From contig NC_087262.1 of the NCBI RefSeq assembly GCF_037042905.1, forward strand, positions 6,944,001 to 7,008,000: a stretch of 64,000 nucleotides of DNA. Direction: 5' to 3'. A program made the translations under genes and the position numbers. Origin of the DNA: Lytechinus pictus (taxonomy: Eukaryota). The notes under the pieces were generated by a model. That model had not been told where the DNA came from. It saw only the letters and a list, made by a program, of their open reading frames with translations, and ran no database searches. Positions within the stretch are counted from its first letter, which is position 1; each line of letters begins with the position of its first letter. Shown here one piece after another: positions 12,703 to 23,122 of this stretch.

Positions 12703-15071
12703 GTAAGTACCAACACGTTGCTTTCACACCGTTGCATTTTTTCTGTTCACCCTTGCTTTCATATAGCGGTACATATATAGCTACATGTAGAAAAGCAAGT
12801 TTATGCATTGGTTTGTATACATGCCCTGTTCACACTTGCACAGTCTGTTCACCTCCAAAAAATATCTGTTCGTACCAATAGCTTTAGATTTGGTGCATTT
12901 GATTTTTCAGGAATGGCTCGCTGGGAATAAAAGAATGGAAGATATTCAAAGACCTTTCATTTGAATTGAAGCGAGTGAACAGACCTTTATTTAGAGAAAA
13001 ACGATTGTGTGAAGAGCCACTGTTTACATTATGGTGTGAACAGTGGTAACGTATTACAAACTCATGATGAAGCTGAGCCCGAGAATGTTGCTTGGATTAG
13101 TATAAGCATGGACCTACTACAGTAGTACATGTAGGTCCATGGTATACATGTAAGTAGCAAGAACTTGCATTTCATATTTGGTCTGTCTCAAGGCATTTTA
13201 ATTAAAACTAATTTGAAAAAAAGTTAGAGAAAACAAAATAAAAAAGCATGGTCATTTTAATAATACCGTTTTTTAAATTATTCTGTTTAAAAGGAAAAAC
13301 ACAGACTCCATATGGGCAGAGTGGAAACACCATGAATTCAGGGAAATTCTTGAATTTGTGAATTTGAGAGCCACCATTTGAAAGATAGGAATAATTCAGC
13401 AGCCTTGATGCAGGCTAGCACAGAACTACATATGTAGCAATGAGCATAATTCCTGTACTGAAGATGAATTTTGCATTGTTTTGCTACATTATAAATGCTT
13501 TATGCATGTTTTTGAACGCTGCATTTTTGTTCATAGCACTTTAAAAAAAATGCATGATGCTTTTAATATGCAATCTTCAACTTGAGTTTTATTGTTTGTA
13601 ACATGTTTTAAACTTTCATGAGCAAGTTGAGCCTTTGCTCAGTCTGGTCCAAGTGTACATTTACAGTGTTGATATATATTTTTTGGTAGCATACGTGTGT
13701 AATGCTACACAGAATTTATTAACATTATAATACATGAAGCCATCTTCTATTATTATTATCTTCAAGTTTGTTTGTTAATTAAACCTCATTCTTATTTCAT
13801 TTGTATCATTACAATATTCAAGTTCACTTCATTATATTTTTATACCACTGTATATATATTCTCTTGGTCAATGAATAACTCTAGGAGTATTATGAACATA
13901 ATTGATTCTGGTTGTTATATATATACTTCATGGTTGATTAATAAAATGTTACTTCTGTCATTATGTTTCTTGTTATACATGTATTTTTCTCTTAATAGGG
14001 AGGCTTTACAGTATATCTAGAGAAGCTTACATTTAATTAATCATGTTATTTCTAATAAAAGCACATCACGTCTGGGTTCATTATTCTGTTTTAAAAATGT
14101 TATATTTACACATGGTCAACGTGTTTCTTTTCTGCTTGTATTGAGAGAAAGTCTATTGACCTGCAGTCATAAATTCAGTTTGTTCATCAATTGAGTGTCA
14201 AATAGTCCTATGTTTTCACTTTATGAAATGAATTTTTCAGATAAGATCTTCATTTCCATTGTGATGTATTTTACAATGTACCGTTTTTTTTCTGTAAGAA
14301 TTTAACGTGTAAGTTTAATAAACAACGCTTCTGGTCGTTGTGAACCAAAAATTGAATATTTGGTGCATACATTGTACATGTAAAGTGAGGGTGTGAAGGT
14401 ATTATATAGGGTTTTGATTATTAAATTCAGTTGAATATACATGTATGATTGTTGTATTATTCTACAATGTAAAGTTCTTTGATTTGATGATGTATCTTTA
14501 TTACTCATAAAAAAGAAGTGTATAAAATCATTCATATATATGTTTGTACTTTGTTTTATAAGCACCAATATGCAGTGTCTTCCAAGATGAGGTACACACC
14601 GTTTTGTTCAGTCATCATACATTCCACAGAATGGATAAATGATAAAATGTTCAGCTTGTAATATGCACTACAAAAATCATTCAAGAACATTTCATGATCA
14701 TGTATGTACAGTATACCATGCTTTGTTATCAAGGTCCTATTTAATGAAACTTGTTTAATATCTTCCATAACTTGATAAAGCAAATTTAACAGTCAAATCT
14801 AACAAGTTTTATTAAAAAGGGTCATGAAATTGATAATGCCAGGTTGTCTCATATACATTATGTGCATAAAACCTCTCATAACATGTATGTACAATATTAA
14901 TGTTTATCCTACATGTAATGTTAACCAATTTATTACAGTTGACAAATACATGTATGAAAATGAAAACAGGATTGTTGGATGTTTTTATGGTTAAACATGT
15001 TATAACAGCAGTACATGTAGATAAATACTATCATTGTATAATTGCACATTCAATTTTCTTAACGTCAAGTA

Positions 15072-15353
15072 TCATTGCAATGCCATTCATTTCCATCTTT
15101 TATCCCCCGCTCGTTTTTTTTCCATCCTCCAAACTACACCATCAACCGTACGCTATTACAGGTGATTTTGGTATTCACTGTAAGCTTGGGCTCGTTCGTC
15201 ATTTACATTCTTCAGCTTAACGAGTAAGTGTCTCGCGATGTCGAGAGATTGGAGTGCCCTAACGCCTTCATCAGAGTGTTGTGTCATTCATTTCTTTTTC
15301 TTCATTTAATTTCTTTTTAATCCATTCATTTCGACATGGTTCCATTGCTTCAT
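15072..15353 (+). promoter_or_regulatory. YCAY clusters flanking S1 exon B (candidate Nova/Pasilla-type splicing elements)
   Basis: 6 YCAY in 15072-15142 and 8 YCAY in 15268-15353. Confidence 0.5.
15162..15223 (+). CDS. KCNMA1: BK channel (Slo1/KCNMA1-like) internal exon encoding S1, variant B (VILVFTVSLGSFVIYILQLN+GA)
   Basis: TACAG acceptor, 62 nt, GTAAGT donor at 15224. Same phases as variant A. Matches the Slo1 S1 pattern V.LVF..S.G..VIY. Splices in frame to 59429 (GA+A = E, then PIERC). Confidence 0.9.
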
Positions 15354-17551
15354 CTTTCTGTGTGCACAATAGGTGTCTTATCAAAACAGAGTGAGATTAA
15401 ATGGTACATAAATGGTACATCTTACACTATGTTCATAGTGTAAGATGCTATTACATACATGTTGATAACGGAATAATTTTGCTTCAAATTTTTCATGAAA
15501 AACAAAATTCCAATGCACTTAGTTGACAAATATATATTAGCATTAGAAAGAAGTGATGTGAAAATAAATAAGTGAATAAATAAAAAAAAAAATATATGTT
15601 CAAATGGCCTTTTTCACTTTTTCAAAAGAAAATTTACTCATTCTTGAATTCTCAATTTGGTTGACTTTTACTACAATTAAAGAGATATAAACAGCACACA
15701 CTGTCGGGATAATGCCAATTTCCAATTTCACATGTATTTGCTTGACAATTTCAACATAGCAATGTACAGTATGTTCTTTTAAAGATTTAATTAGTATACT
15801 AGCTTTTAAATGCATAATTTATTGAAGAGATTGTTCGAGAAAAATTACATAAAAGGTATATCAGGTTAAAGGATTTGTAGACTTTTGTGTGGGGAAAATT
15901 AATATTTTCCGGGGGGGGGGGGGCTATTTTTTGTACTTTGCTAAAACACTCTTTATATTAAACTCAGTAGCAATTTGTTGGGCTCTTTTCCAATAAATGA
16001 GGGCTATGATAATTTTTTTTTTTTTTTTTTTTTTTTTTGGGGGGGGGGCGTGCCAATACTAACCGACATGCATCTTGCCTGCTTGTGTGAGTTAACAACA
16101 GTAGTTGTTTTTAGAGATTGCCATGATTTATATGTATGCGTTTCAGAAAGATGAAGCAGAAGGAACGAATGATTCATTTCATATTCATTCATTGTTACAG
16201 TGATGTCACCTCCATTTGATCATTTGTTCATCGAATGATCATTGTAATATACTGAGAATGAATGCTTTAGTATTAAAGTGACCAATATACATTTATGTAT
16301 ACATAATGGGCTGTATTTGCTTTTAATTTGCAATTATTCTTTTATTACAGACCTCTTTTATAATTTGAAAACAGTTTTTACATTTAATTTCAAATTTGAT
16401 TTTAAAATTTGCTTTTCCCACATAAAACTCCCAATATTATTTTCTAAATTTATGTATTGACCTACTGTAAATGTATTCATTTGAAATGTGAAAGCTAATT
16501 TTGATGTATACAACTGAAAAAAAATAATGGCAATCAACACTTCCACATTGAACATGAAATTTAGTATATTAGATACATGTACATCCAGGTAATTTGTCAA
16601 TTTTGTGTAATTAATGATTTATATTAGAATCATAATAGAGATAGGTACATGAATTTCATTGAGACATTTGAAGAGAGTGGTCTTGTAGTTCAGTTACTAG
16701 TATTCAGCACATTTCTTTTTCAGTTGAAAGTGAAAAAGGGATGAAGTAGGATTTTTTTTTTAATTAAAAATTGATGGATCTTAAGTGCTGAAAACAGAGA
16801 AGAAGTCACGAATGGCAGGGGAACTCCAAAATGTTGAGTATCAACATGATGTCAAATGCACTTTATTTCCTTCCTATAATTGAATGATTTAATTATTTTA
16901 TTACCCCCAGCTTGAGTGGCACATGAATAAATTTAAGTTGAATTAATGGAATTCACAATCAACAGGAGCAACAGATATTTCAGCTAAAAGCATGGAAGAT
17001 TGAATTAAAAATTTTCGTTTGAATTATGCACTTTCTTTATAATGGTTTATGCCTCCTTGAAACATCACATAACAAATTATTTTAGATAAGACTCCCTGTT
17101 CCATGCAGTTCATATATCAGCACAGCTCAGACAGCTGAAATGTAAAGCCTTTGTTAAGCAGTCAATATTCTTGTCAGAAATGGAACGCTTTACCTTTATT
17201 TAGTTTGTAGAACTAGGACACTGTCTAATAAAAAAGATAATATTTCCATTAATATACACATAAATCTTTACCCTTGTTCATACAGGTGGCATGTATCACA
17301 CTTATATGTATTTCCAGACCTTGTTCATTAGCCGTAGGATTGAAATATTTCAAAGGGTAAATTGACTCCAGGATATTTTAGGTAGCGAAAGCTTTCACAA
17401 AATGTTTGAGGAGATATAAGGTACACTTCATTTTAATGTTGTGTCAACCCTGGGGAAATTGTATTTTCCAAGTGTCATAATCCATATCAGTTACCCTTTA
17501 AAAGCAAATAACAAGAAACAAGATTAATAACAAAAGTATTTTTTAAGTATA

Positions 17552-19254
17552 GGGGAGACCGGGGTTAGTTGGAACATTTTTGACAAAAATAGCGGTAAAA
17601 TCCAAATAGACTTTACTCGAGAAACAATCAGTATATCAGCTTGAAGCATATATCGCAGGGCTTCAAATGTACCCCATAAAATTTTTAACTCTATTATGGT
17701 TACTGAAAAAATCCACCTTTAACAAGACCATCGCAAACGTTCCAACTTACCCCCATATCGGGGTAAGTTGGAACATGGTATGGGGTAAGTTGGAACACTG
17801 CATGGTCAATTAAGAATTATACTAAAACTACATAAAACTGTAATATTACATGGTTTTAGCCTATTTGCTTTATCTTATTCAAGTTCAAAATATTAAAGTG
17901 TGGGTTCATTGAACTTTATGTTTCCTTTTATACAGCCACTCACACAAGCAGACTGTGTAGTAGAATTCTGAATATTTGGGTGCATCTGAGTTTACATACA
18001 ATTAAGTGTACATGTACTATCAGCAATTTCATGTACTTCTGCATCAAATTTATAAGACAAAGATTAATTGTTTATATTGTTTTCATAATTAATTATGCAA
18101 ATAAGCATATAAAATTTTCCCTAAACTTTTTTTTATTTTTAAGTTTTTACCTTTAACTCCATATATCAAGCTAGTAGAATGCTAATTTTTGGTGAGAGTA
18201 TCAATTTTCACAAAACAAATATCCACAAAAAAATGCAAAAAATACAATTTCTTATGTATTTTTTGTCTTTTATTTGTATTTTTGTTTTTTCAAACCTTTG
18301 TTTTTTCCGATGGACTTTGTCAGGAGTCTTTTGCGATCATAAATAGCATAAACTTAATCTATTTGAACCAGCAAAAGTAAAAAAATTAATCATACATTTA
18401 TGAGTTTTGGTTGAAAAACACAATTTGCATTGACCTTGTACATGGAATCACGTTTTTGAACAATTTTGGGTCCGAACATGCACATACAATTTGTTGCGTA
18501 ATTTTGAAATCACGTACACAGGCATCGCAAATTTGGTCTCAAATGATGCGCAAGACTTGAAAGTAAAAAGTCAGTGAGCAGTGTAGTAAAAAATTTTGTG
18601 CGATTGCGTAGTGACGAAATTTCTTGAGGGGGGGGGGGGGGCTCAAATTGACACCCCCCCATTTTGATAAGGGTTAATATTGCATTAGGTGCCTACAATA
18701 GGCTTTAAATGCACACTCAGACCTACCTGATAAACAAAACAAGCATGGTATACAATACATGTTCAAAAGAGTGTGAAATACTTTATATATTTTTTTCATC
18801 AAATCCAATGTTTTTATTCATAATTATGTTTGGGGTAAGTTGGAACATGTTCCAACTAGCCCCTTCAACTTTGTTCCAACTAACCCCGGAGGCCCATTTG
18901 ACGTTTATAAGCTTACAGCACAAAAAAGGGACTTCACCATGGCATATCAATAACCTCATTTTGTAGCTTGGTATAAGTGTCTATTATACCCCCAAACTGG
19001 CCAACTTGATCTATAAACTTCTCCGAGATAATCGAACATTTCTGAACAAGAAAAAAATTACTCAGAAGGTAAAAAAACAAAAAATTGTTTCTAACTTCAC
19101 CAGGCTTGTTGCATATGTGTTGTCTGCAATATGGTGGATGGCTGTTGATAATGACAATAAATTGAGGGCAGTATTGCAGAAATTTATTTAAAGACGTTAG
19201 AGAAAATTACAATGTTTCAACTTACCCCATGTTCCAACTAACCCCGGTCTCCCC
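17552..19254. mobile_element. Non-autonomous TA-TSD DNA transposon of about 1.7 kb (Tc1/mariner-pogo type) with a nested piggyBac-like end fragment
   Basis: TA|GGGGAGACCGGGGTTAGTTGGAACA … TGTTCCAACTAACCCCGGTCTCCCC|TA. Internal GGGGTAAGTTGGAACA repeats. Nested fragment ends AGGG|TTAA at about 18677. No transposase ORF. Confidence 0.9.
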
Positions 19255-21355
19255 TACAATGTTTGTATCTAATTCATGTACAAGAAACAGTAAAGGGCCT
19301 ATATCAAGACCTTGGGAAACACCAATTTTTCAATACTCTCATCCAGAAAATGCATTCTGAATCTTAGATTATTGTGCGCTGCATTATGATGCATTCGGGA
19401 CCAAGTTTAGTGCCTTTGTCTTCTATGTTTCATTCATTATTTAAGACATTAATTGTAATAATCATAATATGTATTTGAATTGAAATGCTCGAAGTGATGT
19501 TGAGATTTTAAGCCCCCCAAAAGTGTAGTATTTATTTAGTTACCATGGAGGAGATTGCATCATCATTTCATCATTCCCTAAAGAGAGGATTGATTTTATT
19601 TATGAAAGGATGGAACGGAAATAAGAAATGAAGGAGGATCCAATTGATTAAGAATAGACCCTGCCAGAATAGACAGGAAAAGAAGAAAAATAAGAAAGGA
19701 GAAGAAGCAAATAGAATTTTATAAGATTATTTGGTTATGAGAAATGAAGATTGATGAAAGATACGTGAAGAATAACAGACTGACCTCTGCTCAAGCATCG
19801 TGGATTGTTTCATCTGCTTCTACAAAGAAAGTAGCATAAACCGACGTTATATGGCCTAATTACAGTATATGATTATTTCCTTGTGTATGAAATATTGGTA
19901 ATGAAAAAGCACTTATCAAATTACGGTACAGATAAATCATCGTTATTAGTGTAATTATTGGAGTCAATATCTGATATTTGAGTTTGTTATTTTTTTCCTT
20001 ATGTAGTTGGTGTTCTAATTTCATTCATTTTTTTGATCATCATGATACTAACATATATGCATGGTATACTAAAACATCTCATTTGTGTGGGCTTATTAAT
20101 ACTCAATCTTTTTCTTTTAATGATAATCATACTGGATTTGTAATGTACATGTTTGTTTGTGTTGTGTAGTATTTTCATTGTGTTGTTGTTTTAGTTCAGC
20201 TGTTAATGTTTATAGTACATGTAGTTCAGCTTGTAGATTAAAGATATGCTAGTTTGAACCGTTCCTTTGATCGAGCATGGTGGACTTTCTTTGAATATGA
20301 TGTACAGTGTATACAGTACTATGCTAATATATTCTTACATGTACATACACTACCTTTGAATGCAATTGAAATCTGTCTTTGTTTCCATCAGGTAAATTTA
20401 TTTTGAATACTGGTATTTTTGTACAGGTATATATACATGTATATATCCCAATATGATTCAACCCCAGATTTTTATGATACTCATCCAGCACTGTACTGTA
20501 GTGCATGTTTGGATATTCAGCACGGAAGTGCTGCGCTGTTGTAAATTGTTCAGACCACATGCACGCACGCCTAATTAATATATTTTATATTACATTATTT
20601 TTTGTGTGTTTCTATGAAAACATGCTGATACAAACTGTAACTGCATAACAATGTAGAGTGTAGTTTTGAGAAGTCTTTCCACTCCATTGTGTGCAATATG
20701 CATTGTTGGGGGATGAGCTAGAAAATTATCTTCAAAGTTCCCCTGAATGAGCTTATGTCCTTGGAATATACTCTCTTGGGGGCACAGTGTCATTGTCAAG
20801 ATTTAGAAGAGATTTTTTTTCTTTCATTGGAATAGAGAATGATATTGTAACTGTAATTTCCATGGAAGTGTGTGTGTGTGTGTATGTTTGTTAGGGGTTT
20901 AGGGTTGGGGGAGGGATATGGTCTGTGAAGGGGTATCCCCTTGTTTTTAGTGCATGGACTTTAGAGATGACATGAGGTTAGCGTTGCCTAGGTTGCTTTC
21001 CTCTGTTTGAAGAACCATACAGAGATTACTTTTGTCAATTTGATTTGACGTTTTTCTGGCATCAGTTAATCATGCAGGATGGGGAAGTGGGCTGACTTAG
21101 ACATGTGATGATACAACAAGGGAGCATTTGAATTTGATAAAAAGACTTGTCAGATGTTTTATCTGACGGTTACCATGGTATCAGTCAGACTGTGCTTCTC
21201 AGCCGATCAAAATCCAGGAAAGTTTTCTGCTCTGTCAATTAATCGACCACAATACTGATAGTGGCAACTATCTTCTAGAGCACACTCGCAGTGGTTATGC
21301 TCCAGATGCTTACCTTTATTATGGAGCTTTCGAACCTCTGACCAAATGTCAGCTA

Positions 21356-21607
21356 CACTGTACAAACGCTGATGTTCCTTTAAAACCAGCCTGGTATCTA
21401 CAATGTACATGTATATCGGTCCACACCAGAGAAGCGTTGAAACAACACCAGTTAAGAATCAAACCGATATTGGTTTAACGCTAAATGCTTAAATGCCAAA
21501 TTGGTGTTAGCCTATAATGCCAAACCGGTGTTGTTTCAACACCTCTCTGGTGTGGACCGATATAGATACCAGGCTGGTGTTAAACTAACACCAGTGTTTT
21601 TGCAGTG
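21356..21607. mobile_element. CACTG…CAGTG MITE with TA TSD (EnSpm/CACTA-like)
   Basis: Long TIR ACCAGCCTGGTATCTA…TATCGGTCCACACCAGAG. Inverted second copy at 22920-23122. Confidence 0.85.
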
Positions 21608-22385
21608 TACTATAACTGGACTCTGGAGCGTATCGAGGTTATGCAGACCTCGTTCGTTCTCTCGCAGAAGCGCTTTCAATTTTCACTACGGTGGCTTCGG
21701 CGAAATCTAAAGTCTAAATATTTGTATTTTTAGATAGATAATCTAGATCTTAAGATCTACATGTATGTCGTTTCAGCTGGCAGCATAGGCCTAGTGATAT
21801 TTTAGACATGCCCATAAAAACAATAATTAATCGTACCAATGTTCATAGACAAATTTCAAAAGTTATTTTGGCTAATACTGGCGCTTATAACGGATAGCTG
21901 AGACCACATTGGCTACACTACAGGCTGTGGAGTGATTGTGGATAGCTCGGACCTTGCAGATATACGAAGGGCATATGAAAGGTTTCTATAGTAGATATGT
22001 ACGGTTAATTTGCTGATCTGGCTATATTGTTTGTTAAAGTTGATGGCTGTGCTTTTGAATGGATCATACATTGTCTTTATAAATACCTTGAAAATCCTCC
22101 ATCTCAGTATATCATCAGTTAAAACCACTCATTCAATTTTGTATTAGACATTGAACTAGTGGCATTCCTTAACTAATCCTGAACGCATTAGGTGAAAAGA
22201 TTGTCGATTTGACAAGTATGGATGTCGAGACAGCAGATACATTATTGGGCATTAAGTTTATACCAAATACCAGCAAAAGTCATTGTGTTCTTTTCAGAAA
22301 GGTCTATTGTAGTTGCATCATGAATAATGCCTGTCTGCTTGGAAGTTAGGTTGGTACACCTAGGGTAATATGACAATTAACACCT

Positions 22386-22894
22386 TAGGCCTGGGTGTGT
22401 CCAATGTCAAGTCAAATTTAAACAGCAACATGAATTATGATTGAAAACTCAATTACAAAACACAAACACGATCAGCAGTGCACTGTTCAGTGTCGAAAAT
22501 ATAAAGCTGTTTTTTGTTGATCGTCTTTAAATTTCCTGCTTTCGTTAGCGCAGCTGTATTGCGCAGTTTGACCCATATCACAAGAAAGGTCAATTTTGCA
22601 CCTGCCTGTGTAGGGTTCCACTGCAAGAGCAAATTTAAAGACGTTTCAAAACTCAATCGTGTTCAATGTCGCGATGCTGAAGGCTGTACAATCTGAGGTG
22701 ATCGCGTTTACAAACACATCTTTTTTAATGTCTAAATTTTTTTCTGAATCATGATTTGAAAGACGTTTACGACTGAAAATGGAGGACATTGAACTCACTC
22801 TTTGTTTCTCATTATATTTGCATTTTGTAATCACGTTTTCAATCACGATTCATGTGTCCGTTTAAATTTTGAAACCGACATTGAACACACCCTT
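22386..22894. mobile_element. MITE with imperfect TIRs of about 80 bp
   Basis: GGGTGTGTCCAATGTC…AATTTAAAC…CATGAAT…TGATTGAAAAC…ATTACAAAA mirrored at about 22815-22892. Confidence 0.75.
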
Positions 22895-22919
22895 AGACAT
22901 TCAGCAGAGTGTGTATGTG

Positions 22920-23122
22920 CCGGTGTTAATTCAAAACCAGCCTGGTATCTATATCGGTCCACAACAGAGAGGTGTTGAAACAACATCGGTTTGGCGTAAG
23001 GCCAACACCAATTTAGCATTTAAGCAACACCAATTATCGTTAAACCAGTTTCAATGCTTCTCTGGTGTGGACAGATATAGATACCGGGCTGGTGTTAAAT
23101 CAACACCAGTGTTTTTGCAGTG
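22920..23122. mobile_element. Truncated inverted copy of the 21356-21607 MITE
   Basis: Shared arms. The internal segment is the reverse complement of that in 21356-21607. Confidence 0.85.

Noticed and set aside
12911-12974. Exon-like stretch after exon A (NGSLGIKEWKIFKDLSFELKR)
   Set aside because: Lies inside a degraded inverted-repeat element (CTGTTCACAC…GTGTGAACAG, about 12824-13045) and has a weak donor.
15241-15254. 14-mer TCGAGAGATTGGAG repeated at about 53919
   Set aside because: Several 14-mer matches are expected by chance in 64 kb.
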